This document shows, in pieces, positions 25,731 to 39,193 of a DNA stretch of 64,000 nucleotides. The DNA lies in the NCBI GenBank assembly GCA_964016885.1, contig OZ024754.1:9796001-9860000 (forward strand), given 5' to 3'. This stretch comes from Eledone cirrhosa (Eukaryota). A program made the translations under genes and the position numbers. The notes beneath the pieces were generated by a model. It saw only the letters and a program-made list of their open reading frames with translations. It made no database searches and was not told the DNA's origin. Every line of letters begins with the position of its first letter. The stretch's first letter is position 1.

Positions 25731-26394
25731 ACATAAATATATATATACATACATATATACATACATATATATATACATATACATACATATATATATACAT
25801 ATACATACACATACATATACATATACATACATATATATATACATATACATACATACATATATATATACACATACATACATATACATATACACATACATAC
25901 ATATATATATACACATACATACATATATATATACATATACATACATATATATATACATATACATACATATATACATATACACATACATATATATATATAC
26001 ATATACATACATATATATATATACATATACATACATATACATATACATACATATATATACATATACATACATATATATATATACATATACATACATATAC
26101 ATATACATACATATATATATATACATATACATACATATATATATATACATATACATACATATATATATATACACATACATACATATATATATATACACAT
26201 ACATACATATATATATATACATACATACATACATATATATATACATACATACATACATATATACATACATACATACATATATACATACATACATACATAT
26301 ATACATACATACATACATATATATATACATACATACATATATATATACATACATACATATACATATACATACATACATACATACATATATATAT

Positions 26395-26985
26395 GGTGGC
26401 TGCCAACTCGTTTTCGAGTACGGCCACTACTTTATATCCATGTAGGAGAACCCCTACCGAAGCGCTGCATGAGTGTGACTTTTTAGTCCAGCCAGCGACT
26501 TGAAAACTCTGGTACAAACACTACACTTGTGACAATTATTGACACATAGTGCTGTGCCCATGGTACCATGTGAGGACAAGTGCAGAGAGATCTCCAGATA
26601 TAAAGCAATGCCTGTGCCGTGAAGCTTTTATAGTGAGCAAAGGCACTGCACAAAGCCAGTCCCACTCTCTTAACCAAGATGATATTTACCAAAAAGAAGA
26701 ACAAGTCAACATCATTGGATACCATCAAGGTTGCAGGTGTTATATCAGAGTTTTCCTTCTCCTAGAATTCTGCCTTGACAAAGGCTAAGGGGTCATCTCT
26801 CCCGGTGATTTTGGATGGCCATTGACTCTTAAGAGCTCCTTTGCCCTTTGACAGGTTTTGTTTTTAGTCCTGCAGGATGTCCAAAGTCACCCTCCTCACC
26901 AAGAAACCTTGGTGGGGTTGCCAGTTTAGTCGCCAACGACCCGACCATGAGACAGGTTGTACTGGGATACATGTTACCAGTAGCA
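26395..26985 (-). mobile_element. Bipartite RTE-derived retroposon, copy 3 (longest)
   Basis: Same 3' end; extends ~250 bp further 5' than copy 2. Confidence 0.75.
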
Positions 26986-27305
26986 CCAACATATACACCA
27001 ACATATACACCAACATATACACCAACATATACACACATACATATATACATATATATAGAGATAGATACCTATACATACAGACATATACACACACACACAT
27101 ATATATACATATATATATGTATATATCTGTAAGTACTGGTAGGGGTGATAAGTAAAATGTGATCTTCTTGAGAAAATGTCTTAAGATTTAGTCTCCTGAT
27201 TTATCGAATGCGGAGGTGAAAAGGAAAAGATTGGGAATATTAAAAACGGGAAAATTAGTATTTTGTGTGAAAAGAGAAATTATGAAGTAGAGGGACTATA
27301 CTTAC

Positions 27306-27384
27306 TGTCATAGCAGAGGAGCAGCTGTAGACCATCTGTATTTGGTAGAATCACCATAGTGTGGGGAGTTATTGGACCCTGGGT
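27306..27384 (-). CDS. msn: Internal coding exon (79 nt) of the Misshapen/MIG-15/MAP4K4-MINK1-TNIK kinase, CNH domain: TQGPITPHTMVILPNTDGLQLLLCYD(N)
   Basis: Long pyrimidine tract + ctacAG acceptor and GTAAGT donor; matches the conserved PHxxxILPNTDGMxLLxCY segment; the leftover A joins AT of the next exon to give Asn. This frame is absent from the ORF track. Confidence 0.95.
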
Positions 27385-27770
27385 CTGTAGACAGGTGAGT
27401 GACGGAGGTGAGAAGGAAAAAGAAAAAAAAAAAAAAACGATAAAAAAATGATAAGAAATGAATTAAGACAAAATATAAATATAAATATATATAAATATAT
27501 ATATATATATTCATACATCTATATACATCATATATATATATAAATATAAATATCTATATATATATATATATCTATATACATCATATATATATATACATAC
27601 AAATATATATATATATATACATACAAATATATATATATATATATACATACAAATATATATATATATATACATACAAATATATATATATATATACATACAT
27701 CTATATACATCATATATATATATAAATATATATATAAATGTATATAAATACATCTATATACATTATATAT

Positions 27771-27801
<31 letters not shown>

Positions 27802-27837
27802 CATATATATACATACATCTATATACATCATATATAT

Positions 27838-27868
<31 letters not shown>

Positions 27869-28474
27869 CATACATCTATATACATCATATATATATAAAT
27901 ATATATATATAAATATATATAAATACATCTATATACATCATATATATATATATAAATATATATATATACATACATCTATATACATCATATATATATATAT
28001 ATAAATATATATATATATAAATATATAAATATATATGAAATGAAAGAAGAAGTATTTAGAAAACAAGATAGGAACAATTTGTGACGATACTGAAAGAAAT
28101 TAAAACTTAACAACAACAACAACAGCAATAATGATGGTATCAAATTAAAATATACAAACAAACAATAAACAATGTAATAAATTAAAATTAAACCGAAAAA
28201 AAAATAGTAACCATAACAACAATATTATTAACAACAATAACAACAATAACAACAATAATAATAATAATAATAATAAGAAGAAGAAAATGAACGGACAACA
28301 GCATGAATTAAAATTTCAGTTAAAAATGAAATAAAACAAACATCAGAAGATGATGATGATGATGATGATGAAAAGAAACTTATTGATTACATGAAAATAT
28401 ATATTAATACATACAATATTAATAATTAATAACTAAAAAAAAAAAAAAAATCTAAAATGAGTTTACAACGATAG

Positions 28475-28669
28475 AATAATAATAATAATAATTGTTTCTA
28501 TTTTTGGCACAAGGCCAGCAATTATCCCAGTACATTACTGGTACTTTATTTTATCGACCCCCGTAAGGATGAAAGGCAAAGTTAACCTCGGCGGGATTTG
28601 AACTCAGATCATAAAGGGACGTAACTCTATGCTTCAAAGCATGGTGTCCCAGTCTCTACCGATACTGCC
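28475..28669 (-). mobile_element. SINE family B (tRNA-like head, conserved central GCCTTTCATCCTTACGGGGTCGATAAAATAAAGTACCAG domain, (ATT)n tail)
   Basis: Reverse complement of the copies at 45347 and 49824. Confidence 0.88.
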
Positions 28670-28701
<32 letters not shown>

Positions 28702-28713
28702 TAATAATAATAA

Positions 28714-29048
28714 TCTGCCCTTTCGACACGAGAGTGCAAGAGAAGGAGAGGGAGAAAATTAACCGATACCAGGACTTAAAGTGGGAGGTAAAAAAGGATT
28801 TGGAACTGCCATGAAGTCAAAGTGGTCCCGATTGTCATAGGAGCACTAGGTACTATCTCAAAGAGTTTCCAGGGATGGTTAAAGAAGATTGGTCCAACCC
28901 CGCTTTTTGGAACGCTTCAAAAGGCATGCTTGCTGGGAACAGCAACAACCCTCTGATACGTCCTGAATATCTGAGGCTGCAGGTAGTGGCTTGATATTCA
29001 TTTCAACAAACTTTCCAGTTAAATAACATCAATGACTGAGACTCAAAG
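28714..29048 (+). mobile_element. Dong/R4-clade non-LTR retrotransposon 3' fragment (end of the restriction-like endonuclease region + 3' UTR) within (TAA)n
   Basis: CPFDTRVQEKEREKINRYQDLKWEVK/IW...VKVVPIVIGALG...LQKACLLGTA; flanked by TAA repeats, the known Dong target. Confidence 0.85.
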
Positions 29049-29049
29049 A

Positions 29050-29161
29050 ATAATAATAATAATTGTTTCTACTTTAGGCACAAGGCCAGCAATTACCCAG
29101 TGCATTACTGGTACTTTATTTTATCGACCCCGTAAGGATGAAAGGCAAAGTCAACCTCGGC

Positions 29162-29162
<1 letters not shown>
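29050..29162 (-). mobile_element. SINE family B, 5'-truncated
   Basis: Matches the other copies. Confidence 0.85.
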
Positions 29163-29250
<88 letters not shown>

Positions 29251-29491
29251 TGACTGGAGTGGCAGGTGGTAAAGAAGTTATTGATAACAGAGATGGATGT
29301 TTGGAGGATTGGATCGGTTGAAATCAAATCTGCACTTATTTCATGTTTAGAAATAGATTCTTTGCATTTGAGAGAGAGAGAGAGGGGGGGGGGGGGTGTT
29401 TAGAAGCAACTTCTTGTTAAATGTTATGAAGGTCTTTCTTATAAACAGGATGGCTATATATATAATATATATATATATATATAATATATAT

Positions 29492-29544
<53 letters not shown>

Positions 29545-29552
29545 ATATGTAA

Positions 29553-29602
<50 letters not shown>

Positions 29603-29605
29603 ATG

Positions 29606-29641
<36 letters not shown>

Positions 29642-30866
29642 TGTTAATATAAACAATTTATCATGTAGACTGGAGAGAGATATATCAAAGGATTATGAGG
29701 ACCAGTTCTATATTTAATTGCATATAATTACTACTTCAATAGTGAAATCTGTTTAAAGATTTTCTAAGCCAATGATTTCAAACTAAAGTTTGATTTAGCT
29801 AAAATAGAATCATAAATTTAATTGCTTAAATGTAATAATAATCTTACCATGCAGATTTCTTGTTTTTTTTTTGTTTTTTTTAAAATTTTTTAGCTTCATT
29901 TTTGCTTATTTTTATAAATTTTCTTCCCTTCCCCAACCCCATTTATTTATTTATTTTATTTATTTATTTTCATAATGGCTGATAAATTATAAAAGATTTT
30001 TCAAGCTTAACACATCAATATTTGATGAGAGTTTTAATGTTTAAATTCATTCAAAGTTCAAAGTTTCGTTAGAGGTAGTTATTTATTTTATTTATTCATT
30101 TTTCTACCGCAAGCAACTGAAATGAAGGCTTGCAGTTATTGTGTTTTAAGCTAACTCAATGAAGCCATTAGCAAATCTCTTATGTTTATCACTAAGGCAA
30201 AAGCAACAATAGTATTTTTGAGGGTTAAATCTACAAAATGATGGAAGTCTATGGAATTCAGGAGCTGGGAAGTGATGGGGTGGGGAATTTATATTTACTT
30301 CTTCATCCTAAAATTCAGTTTCTTTTTTCTAGTTTTCAAAATTAAAAGAACACGCTCACATAAAAATTTATTATCATGTTTATACAGGTACTAACATACA
30401 GAGCATTTAAAACAACAATATCTAACTCATTCTCCCTTATATACACATATATATACTTGTATTCACACACTGTAAATATGGTTGATGTTAGGAAGGGAAT
30501 CCAGACGTAGAAACCAAACCAAAATACAGATCCATATGTGTAAGACATGGTCACCTGACCAAAATTGCCTCAAATGGAACAACCTGTCTACCCCATCATC
30601 CTTTAACCTCCACTTTCCCTGCTAGCAAGAGTTGAGCAAGTCTTCACATACTGAGTCAGTTCTAAAGCAGGGCTACTGACCTCCTAGACAGGCTAGGAGT
30701 TTGCATCTTGCTTACATATGGTTCCACGTTCTACTAACTACATTTATCATGGCACCAGCACTAGAGAGGTTGTCATGTCTTTGACACAACTGAAAGGTCC
30801 TCCCAACCCTTTGTTTGGCAAGATTTCTATGGCTAGATGCCCTTCTTATCTATCACCATATATATA

Positions 30867-30964
30867 CAAGGTGTCTCCCTAAAATGTATACAAACTTTGA
30901 CTACCTGTACAGGCAATATTTATTAGAATGCTGAAGCATGTATACATTTTTGGATGACACCCTC
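30867..30964. mobile_element. ~100-bp Tc1/mariner-type MITE
   Basis: Imperfect 26-bp TIRs CAAGGTGTCTCCCTAAAATGTATACA / TGTATACATTTTTGGATGACACCCTC; TA flanks. Confidence 0.65.
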
Positions 30965-31666
30965 TATAGATATATGTGTGTGTGTGTGTGTGTGTGTGTA
31001 ATTTTATTTTTCCATGTTAGCATTTTTTGTTGACTATAGAAACTTAGATGTTTGCATGATTTATTTTGAAATAGGTTCCATATGTTCACAGTGCAGGGGT
31101 GGAGTTGTATTTTCCAAGCTTCACCAGGATATACAGCTACAAGGAATATTGCAAACATGGACACTCAGTAATTATGCTTCTATGAACTTCCAAATTTCAA
31201 CAAATGGCAAATGAAGACTTCAGCCATCAATGACAGCTGGTTTTAAATGTTAATTTAATTCTGGTAAATAAATATTGGAGAAATGCTATTCAACAGTTTC
31301 GCAACATCTGAAAAGTATTGATAATAAAGTAAAGAAAGAACAACTTGTTTAAATGGACTTTGGATTTAGTAAGAAGCAGTGGCTGGAAACTGCAAAAGAT
31401 TGGATATTTGCTCAACCATTCCAGTTTCAAAATCATCAGGATATATATTTGTGCTGTGAATTATAATCAAGTGAACAATGAAAGTTGGTAAATCTGACAG
31501 CATTCTGCTCAAATAATGGCTGCCAAAATCAATCTATAATCCGAAGAAAGCTATGACTATACTACACAGCATTAACACTTTATAACTTCTTAAATCTAGA
31601 CAAAGATAATACTGAACAAAGAGAATATTCAATAGTTTCAGTGGCTTTGACCTTTAACCCTTCTTT

Positions 31667-32691
31667 AACCCCTGGTTCTATGAAACTACCCCTGGTTCTA
31701 TGAAACTACCCTTAGTTCTATGAAACTACCCCTAGTTCTATGAAACTACCCTTAATTCTATGGAATTACCCCTAGTTATATGAAACTACCCCTAGTTCTA
31801 TGAAACTGCCCCTAATTCTATGAAACTACCCCTGGTTCTATGAAACTACCCCTGGTTCTATGAAACTACCCCTAGTTCTATGAAACTACCCCTAGTTCTA
31901 TGAAACTACCCCTAGTTCTATGAAACTACCCCTAGTTCTATGAAACTACCCCTGGTTCTATGAAACTACCCCTGGTTCTATGAAACTACCCCTAGTTCTA
32001 TGAAACTGCCCCTAGTTCTATGAAACTGCCCCTAGTTCTATGAAACTAATCCCAAGTTCTATGAAACAACCCCTGGTTCTATGAAACTACCCCTGGTTCT
32101 ATGAAACTACCCCTGGTTCTATGAAACTACCCCTGGTTCTATGAAACTACCCCTAGTTCTATGAAAATGCCCCTAGTTCTATGAAACTAATCCCAAGTTC
32201 TATGAAACAACCCCTGGTTCTATGAAACAACCCCTGGTTCTATGAAACTACCCCTAGTTCTATGAAACTACCCCTAGTTCTATGAAACTACCCCTGGTTC
32301 TATGAAACTACCCCTGGTTCTATGAAACTACCCCTGGTTCTATGAAACTACCCCTGGTTCTATGAAACTACCCCTGGTTCTATGAAACTGCCCCTAGTTC
32401 TATGAAACTAATCCCAAGTTCTATGAAACAACTCCTGGTTCTATGAAACTACCCCTAGTTCTATGAAACTACCCCTAGTTCTATGAAACTACCCCTAGTT
32501 CTATGAAACTACCCCTAGTTCTATGAAACTACCCCTGGTTCTATGAAACTGCCCCTAGTTCTATGAAACTAATCCCAAGTTCTATGAAACAACCCCTGGT
32601 TCTATGAAACTACCCCTAGTTCTATGAAACTAATCCTAGTTCTATGAAACTACCCCTAGTTCTATGAAACTAACCCCTAGTTCTATGAAAC
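31667..32691. repeat. 20-bp minisatellite (CCCCTRGTTCTATGAAACTA), ~51 copies
   Basis: Period 20 with occasional 21-bp variants; begins just after TTAACCCTT, a possible piggyBac-like MITE end. Confidence 0.95.
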
Positions 32692-32992
32692 AATTATTTA
32701 TTTTAAAGAGTTTGTATTTATCGAGAATTTAGTTATTTGACTAAATTTCTGCAAAGTCTTCACTATTTTCAAACTGAAATGAAATACATTGACAGTGTAT
32801 TTCATTAGAAATCATCATCAACATCATTGTCATCATTTTTACATCCACTTTTCCATGCTGGAGGCAACGTTTTATAGCTGGATTCTATCCCGATGCCAAA
32901 CCTTTTAGTTGTCTCTCATGATAATTTATAGCAAAGTCTTCTATACCAATGGCATTACTGCAAGATTTTTATAGAATTATTCATTATATTAA

Positions 32993-33277
32993 TCCTTTAG
33001 TATTTACATTATATATATATACTATTATATATATATATATACGATGCATTTTTGTGGTAAAGGCTTTACTTCACATAACATTTAAATTACTCTATATATA
33101 CTATTATTTTTGTGGTAAAGGCTTTACTTCACATAATTATCTCACATAATATCGAATCTGAGATTTTTATATGATTTATTTTGAGAACAATACCTTAACA
33201 TCAGTATGAGAAGCCAGTTACAGCCAGTTTGAACGGAAAGAGGTGAGAGAATTATGGTCGGTTTAAATGCTAAAGGG
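32993..33277. mobile_element. piggyBac-like MITE (diverged)
   Basis: TTAA-TCCTTTAGTATTTA ... TAAATGCTAAAGGG; homologous to 44705-44926. Confidence 0.75.
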
Positions 33278-34489
33278 TGAAGTAATAGTAACTAAACGGT
33301 TAAATCCCTGAACTAATAATCTGTAGTCAGAGCAATAAGACTTTATTACAGTTATTATATTGTATTCCTTAGGCACAGACAAATAATATGTAAATATAAG
33401 AATTGGCAGAACCATCAAATCCGATATTAAAAGGAGAGGAAGAAAAATTGTGTAAAGTAATTATTTTTATTGTTTGTATACTTTGGTGTCATATTCCACA
33501 TGAAACTGTAATAAGGAAGTTCTATGTACCATTTTCACACTGTATTTATTTGTCAGTGTTCTTTTATTGTGCGTGTGTGTGTCTGTGTGAGAGAGAATGT
33601 GTGTATGTGAGGTGGTGGTGGAGGGATTTGCATCCAATTTTATCACACCAGTATGGATTGGATGATTCGGAAATCTCGGAAATTTAAATATATTGCTGAG
33701 GCATGCGTTTCATGACCAGATACCACCCTTGATGCATCTCAACGAAATAGAAGTAGGCTTTCAGCAAGTAATTATCGATTGTCTAACTAGGTTTGAAGCT
33801 ATGACCTACCAATATAATACAGCCCCTAACCACAACCCCACTGAGAAGTAGACATTAACTATGTGCAAGAAATTACCTAATTAGAATGGTAACATAATGG
33901 AAGGTATTTAGCAGCTGCTGCAGCAATGGAATGGCATTAAATACTTTGGAAGGGCAACACCAATGTCTTTTACTGGACTAATTTGTCAATTGAAGTGCAT
34001 AATCTCTTGCAAATTAACTTAATGAAGAAAATCAAGGAGTTAATTTAGGCCTAAAGAGAAAGTCTCCAAACATGGATTATATGGAGAATTTTATAACAAT
34101 GGAAGCTAGTTAAGATGAGTAATAAATATATTTCCATTCATATTTTCCAGTGGTGTGATGTTGAGATATTACACTGTAGACACCTGCTGGATGATAAAGT
34201 ATCATCAGGTTATAATAGAAAATACTGATGAGAGATGAAGATAAAAAAAAAAAAAAAAAAAAGACAGAACAGAGAAAACATAATTGAGTGGGATTAGAAA
34301 ATGTTGAACATTGCAGTGAGACAACCCAAAATATACTGAATCAAGATATATTGAACTTTAGATCTGCCAGACAAATAATAATAAAGAAGACTGCATGTTG
34401 TGTGTGTGAGTGTGTGTGTGTTTATGTAGTATGTAGTATGTATATATAATATATATATGTATATATATATATATATAATATATGTTTCT

Positions 34490-34982
34490 TTTATTTGCTA
34501 CCAGGGCATCAAAAGTGGGACAAGTACAATGGGGGGAGTTTACAAAACAAGGCGTCCTCAATAAGGAGGAGGCAATAACAATATATAAAAATAAAATAAA
34601 ATATAACAAAAAATAAAATTTATAACAAAGTCCTCGATAGAGAGGAGGCGCCTTGGGGGGTCGCACACACCCCCGAAAAAAAGTGTGCAACTCTTCTCCT
34701 CAGGAGCACAGAGAAGGGGTGCTCCCTTGGTCTTTCATCTTCCTCACCTATAGTCTGATGTAGAGTGAAGGCCCATTCACACGGGCCATTCTCGCCACTT
34801 TCACCCATCTTTCATAGAAACGGCTGGGGTGCAGCACCTCTCTCTCCATCCTGATCCTTCTTCCGAAATGATATCGGAAGAAACGGACCAGTTGTTGGCC
34901 AGAGAGAAAGGTGTCTGACCTCAGTCCTTTCAGACGCGTCCACCTTACAACCTCTTTCGCCATGGCTATTACGCACAGAAAC
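34490..34982 (-). mobile_element. L1/Tx1-clade LINE 3' fragment
   Basis: FLCVIAMAKEVVRWTRLKGLRSDTFLSG...RIRMER is homologous to the ORF end at 45645-46535; AATAAA-containing tail. Confidence 0.75.
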
Positions 34983-35177
34983 ATATATAATATATATCTT
35001 AAACGAAGATGATGGTGATGATGATGATATATATATGTATATATCTAGTAGTAGTAGTAGTAGTAGTTATTTAAAGATGGAAGGCTTTATAATAAGTAAA
35101 AGCTTAAGCAGACATATATTACTACTTGGTGCTTTACCTATATGTATATATATATATATCTCATGTAAATGTCATGA

Positions 35178-35462
35178 CACAAAGCACCCAGTCCACACTG
35201 TAAAGTGGTCGTGTAGGAGTCACAACAAAAAGCACTCAGTCCACACTGTAAAGTGGTCATGTAGGTATCACGACAAAAAGCACCCAGTCCACACTGTAAA
35301 GTGGTCATGTAGGTGTCACAACAAAAAGCACCCAGTCCACACTGTAAAGTGGTTATGTAGGAGTCACGACAAAAAGCACCCAGTCCACACTGTAAAGTGG
35401 TCATGTAGGTGTCACAACAAAAAGCACCCAGTCCACACTGTAAAGTGGTCATGTAGGAGTAC
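35178..35462. repeat. 48-bp tandem repeat (~6 copies) derived from the SINE A internal unit
   Basis: AAAAGCACCCAGTCCACACTGTAAAGTGGTCATGTAGG matches the SINE A body at 8088-8150. Confidence 0.85.
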
Positions 35463-36209
35463 CAGTAACACACTCGGGGTTCATTTAATTGACTTTCCCC
35501 TCTCTCAAAGTTGTTGGCTTTCTGTCTAAATCAGAAACCATTATATTTACAAAGTGAATATTAGAGAAACTATAGTGCCATAAACTTTTTCCTTAGAGTA
35601 ACTATTTAAAACAAAATATGAATATTAATCTTCCAATGTCATATAGATCAGAAATAAAATTAATTTTAAAATTAGATTTTGATGTGTGTATAGTAGGTTG
35701 ACATGAGGCTAGTATATGTGAGCAAATTTATGCTATAAAAAATTAAGAGATATACTATATGCTGACCACATTTCAGACAACCAGTATCTCATGCCCCATA
35801 GTCAGCATATCATATACATTATTATAAACTTTTGTCTGATGATGACTTGGTCATCTTTGTCTAATGCCTCTAAAATGTACATAACAGGTGTTACTTAAAC
35901 TAAAGTATGGAAATATAGAACCATCCTATTGCATTTACTTAAATACCAATATGCTGTCGAATACTTGTCTATGGGAAACTAGTTCTTACTTGGTAAACTT
36001 GTCTATGGGAAACTAGTTCTGACATGGAGTGCTTTAACCTGAATACTCTATAATTTGACCATCAACTAATATAAATTTTAAAACAACTACATATGTTTAT
36101 AAATTAAGATGCATACAGAAAAGTGCTTCACTGAATAATTTAGTTTGAAACATTATCTGTACAGAGCACATTAATTTATGATGATTTTAACAAGTAGTAT
36201 TTCTGTGTA

Positions 36210-36585
36210 CATCATCATTTTACGTCTGCTTTTCCCTGCTTGCAACCGTGGGACGGGAACTGATTCTGGCTTGATTTCTACAGCTGGATGCCCTTCCTAA
36301 CACCAGCCTCATTTACAGTGAGTGCTGGGTGCTTTTTTTCCCGTGGCACCTACACGTCCACTTTACAGTGAGTGCTGGGTGCTTTTTTGCTGTGGCACCT
36401 CCACGTCCACCTTGCAGTGGAATGATATGGACCCCAGTCCCTATCATCTCATTTCTACAGTTGAGTAAACTGGAGCAATGTGAAATAAAGTGTCTTGCTC
36501 AAGGAAACAACACATCACCCGGTCTGAGAATTGAACTCACAACCTTTCGATTGCAAGGCCAATGCTTTAACCACTAAGCCATGTG
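36210..36585 (-). mobile_element. SINE family A, near full length
   Basis: Matches the other copies; internal unit duplicated. Confidence 0.9.
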
Positions 36586-36843
36586 GGTGTATATATTTAT
36601 ATTTAGTAACTATATTAATATGTAGTTTGGATATTTAATAAATAAATTTACCATCCTCAATATAGATGTAAAGAAAAAGATGAACACATACACACACACG
36701 CAGTGTTTATTTCTGAAGATAGATCAGTAGAGAATACAGTGTAGTGTAGTCTGGTATAGATTTAAAATAAAATACAAATATATATATAAACACATATACA
36801 TGAATATACATACATACACACACACATATACATAAATATACAT

Positions 36844-36878
<35 letters not shown>

Positions 36879-37089
36879 AACACATATATATATATATACA
36901 CACACACACATATCTACATTGTAACTTTTGTAAATTGGTATGATATGATATAAAAAATAGAGGAATATTGATCCAAGCTGTGTTTGATGTAGTAAATCAG
37001 TGAATCTAATTTGAAAGTTCTGTGTATGTGTGTATATGTGAATGTGTGTATATATGTGTGTATATGTGAGTGTGTGTGTGTATGTGTGT

Positions 37090-37985
37090 GTGAGTGTATC
37101 CAGCTATGACATGTCATGTGTGAATGTGTGTATGTATATGTGAGTGTGTGTATGTGTGTGTGAGTGTATCCAGCTATGACATGCCATGTGTGAATGTGTG
37201 TATGTATATATGTGTGAATGTATGTGTGTGAGTGTGTGTGTGTATCCAGCTATGACATGTAATGTGTGAATGTGTGTATGTATATATGTGTAAGTGTGTG
37301 TGTATCCAGCTATGACATGTAATGTGTGAATGTGTGTATGTATGTATGTGTAAGTGTGTGTGTATCCAGCTATGACATGTAATGTGTGAATGTGTGTATG
37401 TATATATGTGTAAGTGTGTGTGTATCCAGCTATGACATGTAATGTGTGAATGTGTGTATTTATATATGTGTAAGTGTGTGTGTATCCAGCTATGACATGT
37501 AATGTGTGAATGTGTGTATGTATGTATGTGTAAGTGTGTGTGTATCCAGCTATGACATGTAATGTGTGAATGTGTGTATGTATGTATGTGTAAGTGTGTG
37601 TGTATCCAGCTATGACATGTAATGTGTGAATGTGTGTATGTATGTATGTGTAAGTGTGTGTGTATCCAGCTATGACATGTAATGTGTGAATGTGTGTATG
37701 TATGTATGTGTAAGTGTGTGTGTATCCAGCTATGACATGTAATGTGTGAATGTGTGTATGTATGTATGTGTAAGTGTGTGTGTATCCAGCTATGACATGT
37801 AATGTGTGAATGTGTGTATGTATGTATGTGTAAGTGTGTGTGTATCCAGCTATGACATGTAATGTGTGAATGTATGTATGTATGTATGTGTAAGTGTGTG
37901 TGTATCCAGCTATGACATGTAATGTGTGAATGTGTGTATATATATATATATATATATGTGTATATGTGTGTGTATCCAACTACAA
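37090..37985. repeat. 60-bp tandem repeat (~15 copies) built from a TG microsatellite + TATCCAGCTATGACATGT core
   Basis: Successive 60-nt lines are nearly identical. Confidence 0.95.
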
Positions 37986-38791
37986 CATGTCATACCATAT
38001 GTTCACTGGAGCAACGACATCTATCTCCTGTCCGCTTTATGAAATAAATTGTCACAAACTATTAACAGTGTGACAATACCGTAACACAGACTCACATTCA
38101 TACATACACACGTACAGAACGCGTACACACATACACACATGTATCCCCACACACAGAAGCACACATCCTTTTAAATCAAGCCATTTTCTCACACTGACAG
38201 ATCAAGAGAGGAACAGCTCTCATGCACTAATGCATATATGCTAATGTAAAAATATACACAGCTATTTAAGATAATTGGTAAGCTGCAACTGTACTTGTGT
38301 ACAATGACATCAGCAATTTGTATATACATCATATGAAATTAAGAAGATAGGTTTTTTTTTTTTGAATGATGAAGGGGGGTTCCTTTCCCCTCCCAAGATA
38401 CATTTCTACACATCTAATTCTTTCGTCCTATACAAACAACTTGTGTGTATATATATATATATTTGGCTTTGTGGTAAGAGTGTTTGGTTCACAATCATAA
38501 CATGATAAAGTTGAGATTTCAATTCCTTGAGCAAGACACTTCATTTCACATTGCTCCAATCCACACAACTGGGAGCGATGAGTTGTACCTCTGATTCAAA
38601 AGTTCCATCATGTCATACACTGCGGTGCCATGCTAAATTTCCATGAGAACTACATTAAGGGTTCACAATGTCTCTGGAATCTCACAACAGGGCAACTCGT
38701 CTAACCTATGCTAGCGTGGAAAAATGGATGTTAAATGGTGATGATAATGATGATAATCATATGTGTGTGTGTGTACATAGTTAATGTACAT

Positions 38792-39130
38792 GGAGGCACA
38801 TGGCTTAGTGGTTAGAGCATTGGCCTTGCAATCAAAAGGTTGTGAGTTCAATTCTCAGACTGGGTAATGTGTTGTTTCCTTGAGCAAGACACTTTATTTC
38901 ACATTGCTCCAGTTTACTCAGCTGTAGAAATGAGATGATAGGGACTGGGGTCCCTATCATTCCACTGCAAAGTGGTCGTGGAGGTGCCACGACAAAAAAG
39001 CACCCAGCACTTACTGTAAATGAGGTTGGTGTTAGGAAGAGCATCCAGCTGTAGAAATCAAGCCAGAATCAGTTCCCGTCCCACCCTTGCAAGCAAGAAA
39101 AAAGCGGACGTAAAATGAAATGATGATGAT
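38792..39130 (+). mobile_element. SINE family A, full length (preceded by an older diverged copy at ~38462-38755)
   Basis: Head GGAGGCACATGGCTTAGTGG through to the (GAT)n tail. Confidence 0.9.
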
Positions 39131-39193
39131 GTGGTATATGTGGGTTATGCAGAAGACCCCAGAACATGTAGTTTTCCACGAGAGCTACATGAA

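Noticed and set aside
27308-27514. ORF-track peptide ...DPGSNNSPHYGDSTKYRW...
   Set aside because: Wrong frame; the real exon frame encodes TQGPITPH...LLLCYD
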